Positions 30,289 through 40,080 of a stretch of DNA of 64,000 nt are shown one piece after another. This DNA is from Methanothrix sp. (lineage in GTDB: Archaea > Halobacteriota > Methanosarcinia > Methanotrichales > Methanotrichaceae): positions 320,001-384,000 of the forward strand of contig OY821645.1 of the NCBI GenBank assembly GCA_963682135.1, given 5' to 3'. Position 1 is the stretch's first letter, and each line of letters begins with the position of its first letter. The notes beneath the pieces are model-generated. The model saw nothing but the letters and a program-made list of their open reading frames with translations, searched no databases and had not been told where the DNA came from. The position numbers were made by a program, and so were the translations under genes.

Positions 30289-31344
30289 TTGATGAGCATC
30301 ACTCCCAGGATTGTCTTGACTGCAGATTCCTATGCCAAAGCCGTCATCGAAGCTGCCCTCTTCGCTTCAGGCAGAACCCTTGCACCACGAGAGCTGGCCG
30401 ATCTCTCCGGCCTTTCCGAGGAGCGGGCGCAGGCTCTTGCGGAGGACCTGGCAGCAGAGTACGCCGCTCGCGACTCGGGGCTAGAGATCAAGGGCATCGG
30501 CGAGGGCTATTCCATGCAGGTTCGCTTTGGTCTCGCCGGGCGTGTCCTCTCTTTTGCTCCCAAAGAGATCGAAGCTCCGCTCATCAGAACATTAGCCATC
30601 ATCGCTTACAAACAGCCCATTAAGCAGAGCGTTCTGGTGGAGATCCGGGGCAACAAGAGCTACGATCATGTGAAAGAGCTGGAGGAAAGAGGCCTCATCA
30701 AGTCTGAAAAGTTCAGCCGCACCAAGCTTCTCACCACCACGAGCGGCTTTGCCGATTACTTCGGCATCAGCTCTGCCGATCCTCAGGCCATCAGAAGGGC
30801 CCTTCTCCAGGACAAGAGGCTCGTAGGCGTCTCCCCCATGTACGAGAGCCTGGCCTTGCGCCTTGCCCTGGATTACATAGTAGTAAACCCCTATAAGCCA
30901 GAAGCAGATGACCTGGAGCGCCTCAAAGAGATTGAGCTGTTGGTGCTTGCCCCCGGCTATGCAGAAAGAGTCAGGCAGCACTACAGCGGCCAGATGCTGG
31001 AAGCGGGAGTGCGCACCCTCTCTATGCTCAAGGAGAGTGCAGAGAGAATCTGCCAGGAATCGGGGAGCGGGGACGTCGAGCCCCTGGCCGCGGAGGTGGA
31101 CTCGCTGCTCAAGAGATTCCGTCAGAGGGCAAAAACCGCCCGGGCAATCAAGCCGCTCACCTCCATGATCGAGGAGATGGCCCGCGACCTGCGACTGATG
31201 GTGCAGGAGGGCGGCCTGACGGTTGCGCCCGACTCTGCGGGAATAGAGGCGGATATCCTGGTGCCCGTCCACCAGCCCTACGAAATGGACATTCTGGAGA
31301 GAATTGTGCAACGCTACGAGAAGATCCTGGGCGGAAAGTCTTAA
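30289..31344 (+). CDS. scpB: SMC-Scp complex subunit ScpB with C-terminal extension
   Basis: Motifs IEAALFASG, TLAIIAYKQPI, IRG and TT..FADYFG. The start may be TTG 30316. Confidence 0.88.
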   Translation: MMSITPRIVLTADSYAKAVIEAALFASGRTLAPRELADLSGLSEERAQALAEDLAAEYAARDSGLEIKGIGEGYSMQVRFGLAGRVLSFAPKEIEAPLIRTLAIIAYKQPIKQSVLVEIRGNKSYDHVKELEERGLIKSEKFSRTKLLTTTSGFADYFGISSADPQAIRRALLQDKRLVGVSPMYESLALRLALDYIVVNPYKPEADDLERLKEIELLVLAPGYAERVRQHYSGQMLEAGVRTLSMLKESAERICQESGSGDVEPLAAEVDSLLKRFRQRAKTARAIKPLTSMIEEMARDLRLMVQEGGLTVAPDSAGIEADILVPVHQPYEMDILERIVQRYEKILGGKS

Positions 31345-31354
31345 TTAATCCATA

Positions 31355-32566
31355 TCAAACCCATTCCTTTCTGCGGAAGTAGACCATCATTACCACTACG
31401 ACCAGCAACATCAGTATCAAAACGGCCGGGTAGCCGAAGGGAGACTCGAGCTCCGGCATGAACCTGAAGTTCATTCCATACAAGCCCGCCAGAAATGTGA
31501 GGGGAATGAATATGGTGGAGATGATGGTGAGTAGCTTGATCACTTCATTAAGTTTGTTGCTCAAACTGGAGAGATAGGTTTCCAGCAGCGAGGCTGACAT
31601 ATCGCGGAATGTCTCAATGTTCTCGATCACCTGGATGGTGTGGTCGTAAACATCTCTCAGGTAGATCTTGATCGCTTCTGAGACTAGGGGCGAATCACTC
31701 CTCTGCATCTTGCTGATGGCTTCTCGCAAAGGCCAGACCGATTTTCGCAAAAACAGCATATCTCTCTTCAGATTATAGATGGTGGGAAGAATGCCGGGCT
31801 GCGGGTCGGACACAACTGAGTCCTCCAGATCCTCGAATCGATCTCCCAGCTTCTCCATGATTAAGAAATAGTGGTCCACAATGGCGTCAATCATGGAATA
31901 GGCCAGATAGTCCGCACCTTGCTTTCTTATCTTGCCCTTGGCCGTACGCAGCCGATCTCGCAAGGGATTAAAAACATCAACCTCTTTTTCTTTAAAAGAT
32001 ATTATAAAATTGGGCCCCAGGATCATGCTCACTTGATCCATATCTAAGTTGGTATCTCCCAGATCATCTTCATCGTCTTCATCCTCTGTTTTCTTATCAC
32101 CCTCTTCATCGTAGTAGAGCATCTTCAGCACGATGAATATGTAATCATCATAATCCTCAATCTTAGGGCGCTGATCGGTGAGGATATCTTCCAGAACCAG
32201 AGGATGAATTCCATAGCATGAACCGAGTTTCTCTAAGACTTCCATCTGATGGAGGCCGTCAATGTTTATCCAGGTCACTGTGGGCATATTTTTAAACCTG
32301 AAACACTCCTCCACCTCTTTGGCCTCTGCTTCATGATAATGCTTCTCATCATAATCGATTATGGTGATCTTGGGCCTTTCCAGGGGCTTTTCGCTTGCCA
32401 TCGGCAGAGGGTGGGCGGCGAGTTCCAAGATATCTGAGTTGGACCCTTTTTCTTTCGAGGGAAGGTCCTGCTTCTTTTGTCCTCTTTTTGCAATTTGGCC
32501 CAAATCGTTTATCCTCAATGGGCCCAAACCTTTTGCCTTCTCCGTAATGCTTCTGAATGTAGCCAT
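31355..32566 (-). CDS. corA: Magnesium/cobalt transporter CorA
   Basis: YGMNF signature, MPEL, QRPKIEDY and two C-terminal TM helices. Confidence 0.95.
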   Translation of the reverse strand: MATFRSITEKAKGLGPLRINDLGQIAKRGQKKQDLPSKEKGSNSDILELAAHPLPMASEKPLERPKITIIDYDEKHYHEAEAKEVEECFRFKNMPTVTWINIDGLHQMEVLEKLGSCYGIHPLVLEDILTDQRPKIEDYDDYIFIVLKMLYYDEEGDKKTEDEDDEDDLGDTNLDMDQVSMILGPNFIISFKEKEVDVFNPLRDRLRTAKGKIRKQGADYLAYSMIDAIVDHYFLIMEKLGDRFEDLEDSVVSDPQPGILPTIYNLKRDMLFLRKSVWPLREAISKMQRSDSPLVSEAIKIYLRDVYDHTIQVIENIETFRDMSASLLETYLSSLSNKLNEVIKLLTIISTIFIPLTFLAGLYGMNFRFMPELESPFGYPAVLILMLLVVVVMMVYFRRKEWV

Positions 32567-32574
32567 TTCAACCT

Positions 32575-33033
32575 CTAGACCGGAGATGTCTCATCTTTTG
32601 CCCGCTCTACTACCACAATCTCATGCAAGTCTTCAATGCCTTCAATTGACCGTATGCGATCGTTTATGAGGGTATTCAGCTCCTCGAGGCTCTTGGACCA
32701 GACCTTAAGGAAGAGGTCATGCTCTCCCAGTATCCCATAGACCTCAGTTATCTCTGGAACCTTCGCTAAAGCCTTGACGACCTGATCATGTTTTTCATTA
32801 TCCGTTTGCACAAGCATAATCGCAGTTATCTGATAGCTCGTAGCTGCCGGATTGGCCATAATGGTGAACCGCTCTATGACCTTATTGGCTTTCATGCGTT
32901 TGAGCCGAAACTGTATGGTAGCATCAGAGATGCCGGATCTTCTTGACATCTCTTGCAGGCTCATACGCGCATTCTCCCGAAGACTGCGAAGAATGACCCG
33001 ATCCACTTCGTCAAGATCTATGCTATTGCCCAT
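32575..33033 (-). CDS. Lrp/AsnC family transcriptional regulator
   Basis: LDEVDRVIL..L..NAR.S HTH followed by a RAM domain (GEHD). Confidence 0.92.
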   Translation of the reverse strand: MGNSIDLDEVDRVILRSLRENARMSLQEMSRRSGISDATIQFRLKRMKANKVIERFTIMANPAATSYQITAIMLVQTDNEKHDQVVKALAKVPEITEVYGILGEHDLFLKVWSKSLEELNTLINDRIRSIEGIEDLHEIVVVERAKDETSPV

Positions 33034-33153
33034 ATTACTCTGGTATTCTCCTTAGCAATACTTTATTTCATTGGTATATTACCAATAGTACCATTTAAAG
33101 GTTACTCTTTCCCCAATATTAATTATTAATATATATCATTAAGAGATTCGTCC

Positions 33154-33165
33154 AAAAAAAAAAAA
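33154..33165 (-). terminator. Oligo-T terminator downstream of the giant surface protein gene
   Basis: A12 run on the + strand about 60 bp after the stop. Confidence 0.5.
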
Positions 33166-33225
33166 TAAGATGGTGTAGGGATAGCTTACTTGTCAGCTTC
33201 CCACTAATTGGTTCTGGGCAGTCTT

Positions 33226-36200
33226 TCAAGGCAGACTGTCGTCACCAGTGTCCATGCACGAGGCACAGGACGGCAAGACCACTGTGTTCCCTGGTTCACC
33301 AGTTCCACAGGTGTAGCAGGGTACCCAGTCATCATCATAGATCAGACCGCTGCAATTAAGCCCGAAGCACGTGGGCGGCTGCCAGTCTGAGGATGTGGAC
33401 GAAGGCAGTGCCCCTCCGACGCCTATATCGACGCGAGACTCAACATCTGCCGCAGCCCCCTCCGGCCCGTCCACTGAGAAGGCTTCGATATGAGCCACAT
33501 TAACATAGACGCCATCCGACTGTGCCTCAGTCCTGTATACGATGGTCCTATTCTCTCCTGGTGCCAGGTCGAGGATGGTCCAGGTTATCAGGTTAGACCT
33601 GTTCTCAGAAGGCTCCTGAGATGAGTTGAGCAGCTTCATGGATGCAGGTAGCTGGTCCATCAAGAAAGCCACCATGGTGTATTTCTCACGGTTTTTGAGA
33701 TTCAGGCTGTACCAGACCACCTTCGCGTCCAGAGCATCGACCCTGGCGGTCTTGCTAGCGGAGATCTGGGGTGGGCAGCAGGTCAGCCAGTTCATGCGGA
33801 CCACGGAGAAGTTCCTGGCCAGCGTCCATCCGTTACCGTAATTGCCTGCCGCCTCCACCCGGTTCACCAGATTGGATGGCTCCTCTGTGATGTTTAGTCG
33901 CAAATCGATGATTGTCTTGCTGCCGATACCCATAACAGGCAGCGACCAGTTGGCATAACTTGTCGTCAGCTCTGCCGGCCGCAGAGATGAGGTGATGTAC
34001 TCGGTTCCCGTCGGGAAGACGTCCTTGACATAGACCGGCCCTAAAGCCCGGTTGCCGTTGTTCTCGATGGTGATCCGATAGTCCGCATAGGAAGTGTTAA
34101 GCTGGTCCACTTTAGCCATCTTGCTCAAAGAAATATGCGGTCGATCGTACTTGGCCACGCCTCCAAGGGAGGTCTTTCTCCGCATATCAAATTCTCCGAC
34201 ATATGTCTCCTCTTGATCTACTTCATCGGTGCTATTCGGAGAATTGTCCCTATAGACTGTGCGGAAATCAGCCTGACCGGTCACCTTAGCCTCTGTTACC
34301 ATCTCGTTTAGGCCTCGGGCGGTTGACTGGAGATCCAGGTTCTCTACTGAGGAAAAGATCTCACTAATCAGGCTGGTGGGGGTCTTGGACCACATGCCTT
34401 CCTTCCACTTTATGTCGCTGGACGTGGAGAAGGTGGGCGTGTAAATGTAGCCGGTCGGCAAGTGAGTGAGGTTGATATCCTTGGCGATATAGTTTACCAC
34501 CGAACTGATCTTCTCCTCACTCTGGTAATTGCCCGTGCCGGACTCGTAAGACGACTGGGCTTTGCCAAGATCTCTGCTTGCAGAAACATAACCCGTGCCG
34601 TTCACGGATTTCTCGTATTCCACATTCTTGCCGTATTCATCAAATTTCTGATTGATTTTAAAGCTGCCCACATAGTCTTCTTGGGACTCGAAGACTTGGC
34701 TCGCGTTCCAGGTTCTATTCTCATCGGCATCTTTTTTGACGAGACCGATATGACCAACGCCTTCGAAGTCGGCTTCGGTCTTCATAGTGCTGCCGTTCTC
34801 GTCCAGCTTCAGTGAGCTGTTCCGGCTGATGCGATTCGCGTGGGTATACTCCTCGTTTGTGGAGCCACCTGTGGCGTAGTTCTTGGATTCGGCTTTCTCC
34901 GACCACTTGCTCTGGAAATCGACATCACGATTATTGGGCAGTGAGAAGGTGGTTGGCTTGTGAGTTACAGTCAGGCCCTTGGTCCACTGAATAGAGCGGT
35001 TGGAGTTCTGGTACTTAATCACATCCTCGCTGGCATATTCGCCGCTGCCGTGCTCCTTGAGGGCGACATATGTCTGAGGCGGGCCGACGTTGACTTCGGT
35101 GGAGGCAGTCATGGGTATATTTCCATTTGAATCCACCATTTTTGCTCGATTTGTAAGGATTAGGGGCTCTGTACGGATATCATTGTGAACATTAACGAAT
35201 CCCTTTCCGATCACGCCTTGATCCATGTCAAAGGAGGTGTTGCCGAGGTCTTGCGCCACCAGAACTAAGATAATGATGGTCCCGGATTCTTGCCCATCTA
35301 TTATCCATTTGTTGTTATTGCCATCATCAACGGGTGTTGGGGACGCGGATACGAAGGAGACTCCTTTCGGGTAGTCATCCACAATCATATGTCCAGAAAT
35401 ACCACACCAGGTAATGTTCCATGTAATGTTATATGTCACATAGTCTCCTGGCTTCACAACCTTAGGTGAGGCTGTCTTCGTAAGGCTGCAACCTATGAGA
35501 ATCTTTACGTTTTCTGTTGCTTTCCCAGTAACCACGTTTCCATCTGGATCCAATGCAGTGGCGATGACTATATTTACCAACTGCGGAGCGTCTCCCGCTT
35601 TCGCGATGTAGTTCATGTAATAGCTGCGTGACTCGCCCGGTTCCAGGGGATCTGGATCGTTGAGCACAATAATGCCCAGCTTGTCATCGTTGAGGGTTAA
35701 GGAGGTGAGAGCTATGGTGCCATTGTTCACCACTGTGTACTTGTATCTTATATTATCGCCAGGTTTAGCTACCTCCCGGTCCGCCTCCTTGAAGACGAGC
35801 AAACGCAGCAATGGTTGAGGGGTCTGGCAGCTCCATCCCAAATCAACACAGGCCCGCTTGCTCACCACCTGTTCATCTATTTCTCCCATTTTCCCATATG
35901 CTGTTGCACAATTCGTGAGGTATTCCGCTACTGCAAATCCTGGAGTTCTTCTATATTCAATGCTGATCATGTTGCCATAGGGGTCAACTATCATGATCAG
36001 GGTGTCTCCTGTGGCATAGTAGCGCACCGTGTAGGTTCTGTAGCCCTTTTCCGGTTTATTGTACTCTATCTTTAGAGTCTCCTTGGTTGGCGAGAATCTA
36101 TAGAACTCCAAGATAACCTCGCCTTTCAAGCCGTAGGTTGTGACAAGGATGTCGTACTTATCCGGCCTGTTGTACTCTGACGATACCAGGAATCCTGTAG

Positions 36201-39200
36201 CATTTAGCTGCTCGTTTAGAGTCTCTCCAGTCGATATATTCGTGTAGTTGTTAAATGTGTAGTTGGCTCCAGCAATGCTCTTTATGCACGATTCTCGAGT
36301 CACGTTGGCCTTATCGAATGCATCTCGATGTTTCTTAATGCTTTTCAGTTTGGCTTCCAGTTTGGTCTTATTTCTGGATAGAGCATCAATTATCTGCACA
36401 ATATTGACAGGGTCGTTTCCTGCCGCCATGACTTTCAGCTTCGTCTCATCAGCAGCTACGATGGGAGGGATGGTAGTTGAGGTCGAAGATGCGCTGCAGG
36501 CATCCGGACTCAATTTAACGCTGTAAGCAATGGTCCAGGAATTTCCTGGTTGCAGAGAGCCGAGAGGGCCCAGATCAAAGATCAGATTGCCGCCGTCAAA
36601 GGTGTGCTGGATTAATGTACTTCCTGAATATGCATAAGGAATAAATTCCAGCATCGGGCTTAGCTCGTCAACGATTTTAATATCATGAATCTCTATTTTT
36701 CCGGTATTCTTCACAGTGATAGTAAAAGTGGTTTGCGTATTTGGATTTAAGATTTCATCTGTAGTAGTCTTCGTGATCTCCAGAGGTGACTTCTGTCCGC
36801 CCGAACCTGTATATTTGTTTCCGAAATCTGCATTGTTCGATGCAACTTCAGTCTGGTCAGACCTGGTTACTGTGATCTGACCGGTTTCTGAAACCACAAT
36901 GCTGTAAATATTGTCCGCCGGGTAGGTCTGGGTCCAGTCTGACGAAAAAGAAGGCACCTCTTCCAGCGTGTAGGTACCTGGCAAGATGCCTGTAAATCTA
37001 TATGATCCAAGAGTTGCGGTTTCAGTAGACGTAGTAGCACTCTTGACTACAGTATCACCTTGCATCAGATTTATCGTCCAACCGCCCAGCAACTCGTTTC
37101 CCTGTTTGGAGCCGTCACCTTCGCTATCGTTAAACTTTACGCCAGATAACGAGACATCTGCCCCTATTACCTGGTTGCCAAAGTTCACCTCTGTCGATGA
37201 GACCACTGTCTGCCCGGTGTCTGACATTCTTACTACTATCTGGCCAGTATTCGATATTTCTACCGTGTAAACCTTGCCTGACGGGGCTGTTTGAATCCAT
37301 CCGAGCCTCTGTTCTTCTTCAACCGTGTAGCTGCCGGGAATGATTCCGGCAAACGCATAGCCTCCGTCTGAACCGGTTGTGGTCGTAGCAATTATTGTAT
37401 CAGCATTTTTCAGATTGATGGTCCAGCCTTCCAATCCCGGTTCATCCGCATCCCTGGCGCCATTGCCATTAAGGTCCTCGAACTTTATGCCGCTAAAACC
37501 AGCAGTACGCACATTGCCAAAATCCAGGTCATTGGGTCCGGCTGCATTTGAGACCAGGGTTACGGTGTGGCTACCAGGTGAAGAAGGATAAGTCTGAGAC
37601 CAGCCTGATTGGGCAACCTCCTCCACAGTGTAAGTGCCGGGAGCGATTCCGGTGAACACATAGACTCCGTCTGGACCGGTTGTTGTCGTGGCGAAAATTA
37701 TACCGCCATTTTTCAGATTGATGGTCCAGCCTTCCAGTCCAGGTTCACCAGCATCCTTGACGCCATTGCCATTGAGGTCCTCGAACTTTATGCCGCCAAA
37801 GCCGGTGGCACGCATATTGCCAAAATCAATGTTCGTAGGTCCGGCGACTCCCGAAACCATGGTTACCGTATGGATGCCAGGCGATGCAGGATAAGTCTGA
37901 GACCAGTCGCTCTGCATTACTTCTTCAACTGTGTAGCTTCCGGGAGCAATTCCTGTAAACTCGTAATTCCCGTCTTGGCCGGTTGTGGCGGTGGCGACTA
38001 CTGTATCGCCACTCTTCAGGTTAACCGTCCAGCCTTCCAGTCCAGGTTCACCAGCATCCTTGACGCCATTGCCGTTGAGGTCCTCGAACTTTATGCCGCC
38101 AAAGCCGGTGGCACGCATATTGCCAAAATCAATGTTCGTAGGTCCGGCGACGCCCGATACCAGGGTTACCGTATGGATGCCAGGCGATGCAGGATAAGTC
38201 TGAGTCCAGCCGCTCTGCACTTCTTCTTCAACGGTGTAGCTTCCTGGAGCAATTCCTGTAAACTCATAAGTCCCGTCTTGGTCGGTTGTAGCGGTGGCGA
38301 CTACTGTATCGCCGCTTTTCAGGTTAACCGTCCAGCCTTCCAGTCCAGGTTCACCAGCATCTTTGACGCCATTGCCGTCCAGATCTTCAAATTTCATCCC
38401 AGATAGACCCGTCTGTCTCCAGTTACCGAAATCAATGTCAGTCGGTCCGGCTACACCCGATACCAGGGTTAGGGTTTGCGCGCCCGGTGAAGCAGGATAG
38501 GACTGAGTCCAGCCGCTCTGTACAGCTTCTTCAACTGTGTAGCTTCCTGGAGCAATTCCTGTAAACTCGTAAGTCCCGTCTTGGCCGGTTGTGGCGGTGG
38601 CGACTACTGTATCTCCACTCTTCAGGTTGACCGTCCAACCTTCTAAGCCCGGCTCGCCCGCATCCCTGGCACCATTGCCGTTGAGGTCCTCGAACTTTAT
38701 GCCGCCAAAGCCGGTGGCACGCATATTGCCAAAATCGATGTTCGTAGGTCCGGCTACACCCGAAACCAGGGTTACCGTATGTATGCCAGGCGATGCAGGA
38801 TAAGTCTGAGTCCAGCCGCTCTGCACTTCTTCTTCAACGGTGTAGCTTCCTGGAGCAATTCCTGTAAACTCATAAGTCCCGTCTTGGTCGGTTGTAGCGG
38901 TGGCGACTACTGTATCGCCGCTTTTCAGGTTGACCGTCCAGCCTTCCAGTCCAGGTTCACCAGCATCTTTGACGCCATTGCCGTCCAGATCTTCAAATTT
39001 CATCCCAGATAGACCAGTCTGTCTCCAGTTACCAAAATCAATGTCAGTCGGTCCGGCTACACCCGATACCAGGGTTAGGGTTTGCGCGCCCGGTGAAGCA
39101 GGATAGGACTGAGTCCAGCCGCTCTGTACAGCTTCTTCAACGGTGTAGCTTCCGGGTGCAATTCCAGTAAACTCATAAGTTCCGTCAGGACCGGTTGTGG

Positions 39201-40080
39201 TGGTGGCGACTACTGTATCGCCGCTCTTCAGGTTGACCGTCCAGCCTTCCAGTCCAGGTTCACCAGCATCCTTGACGCCATTGCCGTTGAGGTCCTCGAA
39301 CTTTATGCCGCCAAAGCCGGTGGCACGCATATTGCCAAAATCAATGTTCGTAGGTCCGGTGACGCCCGAAACCAGGGTTACGGTTTGCGTGCCCGGTGAA
39401 GCAGGATGAGTCTGAGTCCAGCCGCTCTGCACTTCTTCTTCAACGGTGTAGCTTCCTGGAGCAATTCCTGTAAACTCGTAAGTCCCGTCTTGGCCGGTTG
39501 TGGCGGTGGCGAAAATTATGCCGCTATTTTTCAGGTTGATAGTCCAGCCTTCTAAGCCCGGCTCGCCCGCATCCCTGGCACCATTGCCATTAAGGTCCTC
39601 GAACTTTATGCCGCTAAAGCCCAAAAGTGGAAGTACTGTGATCGTAACAAGGCACGTATCTTTGCATCCATCTGGTGCCCCTGTTGGGCCCAGAACAAGA
39701 GTAATATGATAATCAGTGGAAGCTGTAACCTCGGGCGCAACAAAGGTGAATGACCAGGCATCGGTTCCCGAATCTCGCACTATTTCAGGATCGCAGGCCC
39801 AGTCATAGCTGTATCCAGTTCCAGATGGTTCTGCTATTAATGAAACATGCTGTCCACTGTAAGCGGTAAGAGATACGGGACAGGATTGGGGTGCGCTACT
39901 ACCCGTCGGGCACATGAACGATAAGCATAGCAGCACCAGTATCCAGGCTAAGGAGGCTTTGAAGCGAAAAGGATCGTATGAAGTAGCTTTTTGCATCTGT
40001 TGTTGACGTAAATGATCAACCTGCACAAATTTGTCACTCATTTTAACTTCCTTTGGCTTATCCGATAAGTGCCTCGACAT
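33226..40080 (-). CDS. Giant surface protein: N-terminal Cys-linked Ig-like domain, 9 SdrD B-like repeats, DUF11-like domains, Gly-turn beta module, CxxC tail
   Basis: Signal peptide and the same C-terminal architecture as 1-5298. The start could be 40041. Confidence 0.92.
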   Translation of the reverse strand: MSRHLSDKPKEVKMSDKFVQVDHLRQQQMQKATSYDPFRFKASLAWILVLLCLSFMCPTGSSAPQSCPVSLTAYSGQHVSLIAEPSGTGYSYDWACDPEIVRDSGTDAWSFTFVAPEVTASTDYHITLVLGPTGAPDGCKDTCLVTITVLPLLGFSGIKFEDLNGNGARDAGEPGLEGWTINLKNSGIIFATATTGQDGTYEFTGIAPGSYTVEEEVQSGWTQTHPASPGTQTVTLVSGVTGPTNIDFGNMRATGFGGIKFEDLNGNGVKDAGEPGLEGWTVNLKSGDTVVATTTTGPDGTYEFTGIAPGSYTVEEAVQSGWTQSYPASPGAQTLTLVSGVAGPTDIDFGNWRQTGLSGMKFEDLDGNGVKDAGEPGLEGWTVNLKSGDTVVATATTDQDGTYEFTGIAPGSYTVEEEVQSGWTQTYPASPGIHTVTLVSGVAGPTNIDFGNMRATGFGGIKFEDLNGNGARDAGEPGLEGWTVNLKSGDTVVATATTGQDGTYEFTGIAPGSYTVEEAVQSGWTQSYPASPGAQTLTLVSGVAGPTDIDFGNWRQTGLSGMKFEDLDGNGVKDAGEPGLEGWTVNLKSGDTVVATATTDQDGTYEFTGIAPGSYTVEEEVQSGWTQTYPASPGIHTVTLVSGVAGPTNIDFGNMRATGFGGIKFEDLNGNGVKDAGEPGLEGWTVNLKSGDTVVATATTGQDGNYEFTGIAPGSYTVEEVMQSDWSQTYPASPGIHTVTMVSGVAGPTNIDFGNMRATGFGGIKFEDLNGNGVKDAGEPGLEGWTINLKNGGIIFATTTTGPDGVYVFTGIAPGTYTVEEVAQSGWSQTYPSSPGSHTVTLVSNAAGPNDLDFGNVRTAGFSGIKFEDLNGNGARDADEPGLEGWTINLKNADTIIATTTTGSDGGYAFAGIIPGSYTVEEEQRLGWIQTAPSGKVYTVEISNTGQIVVRMSDTGQTVVSSTEVNFGNQVIGADVSLSGVKFNDSEGDGSKQGNELLGGWTINLMQGDTVVKSATTSTETATLGSYRFTGILPGTYTLEEVPSFSSDWTQTYPADNIYSIVVSETGQITVTRSDQTEVASNNADFGNKYTGSGGQKSPLEITKTTTDEILNPNTQTTFTITVKNTGKIEIHDIKIVDELSPMLEFIPYAYSGSTLIQHTFDGGNLIFDLGPLGSLQPGNSWTIAYSVKLSPDACSASSTSTTIPPIVAADETKLKVMAAGNDPVNIVQIIDALSRNKTKLEAKLKSIKKHRDAFDKANVTRESCIKSIAGANYTFNNYTNISTGETLNEQLNATGFLVSSEYNRPDKYDILVTTYGLKGEVILEFYRFSPTKETLKIEYNKPEKGYRTYTVRYYATGDTLIMIVDPYGNMISIEYRRTPGFAVAEYLTNCATAYGKMGEIDEQVVSKRACVDLGWSCQTPQPLLRLLVFKEADREVAKPGDNIRYKYTVVNNGTIALTSLTLNDDKLGIIVLNDPDPLEPGESRSYYMNYIAKAGDAPQLVNIVIATALDPDGNVVTGKATENVKILIGCSLTKTASPKVVKPGDYVTYNITWNITWCGISGHMIVDDYPKGVSFVSASPTPVDDGNNNKWIIDGQESGTIIILVLVAQDLGNTSFDMDQGVIGKGFVNVHNDIRTEPLILTNRAKMVDSNGNIPMTASTEVNVGPPQTYVALKEHGSGEYASEDVIKYQNSNRSIQWTKGLTVTHKPTTFSLPNNRDVDFQSKWSEKAESKNYATGGSTNEEYTHANRISRNSSLKLDENGSTMKTEADFEGVGHIGLVKKDADENRTWNASQVFESQEDYVGSFKINQKFDEYGKNVEYEKSVNGTGYVSASRDLGKAQSSYESGTGNYQSEEKISSVVNYIAKDINLTHLPTGYIYTPTFSTSSDIKWKEGMWSKTPTSLISEIFSSVENLDLQSTARGLNEMVTEAKVTGQADFRTVYRDNSPNSTDEVDQEETYVGEFDMRRKTSLGGVAKYDRPHISLSKMAKVDQLNTSYADYRITIENNGNRALGPVYVKDVFPTGTEYITSSLRPAELTTSYANWSLPVMGIGSKTIIDLRLNITEEPSNLVNRVEAAGNYGNGWTLARNFSVVRMNWLTCCPPQISASKTARVDALDAKVVWYSLNLKNREKYTMVAFLMDQLPASMKLLNSSQEPSENRSNLITWTILDLAPGENRTIVYRTEAQSDGVYVNVAHIEAFSVDGPEGAAADVESRVDIGVGGALPSSTSSDWQPPTCFGLNCSGLIYDDDWVPCYTCGTGEPGNTVVLPSCASCMDTGDDSLP
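36830..39620 (-). repeat. Tandem ~303-bp SdrD-B coding repeats with 606-bp near-identical duplications
   Basis: Identical shadow ORFs at 38294 and 38900, and similar ones at 37985, 38591 and 39197. Confidence 0.9.
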
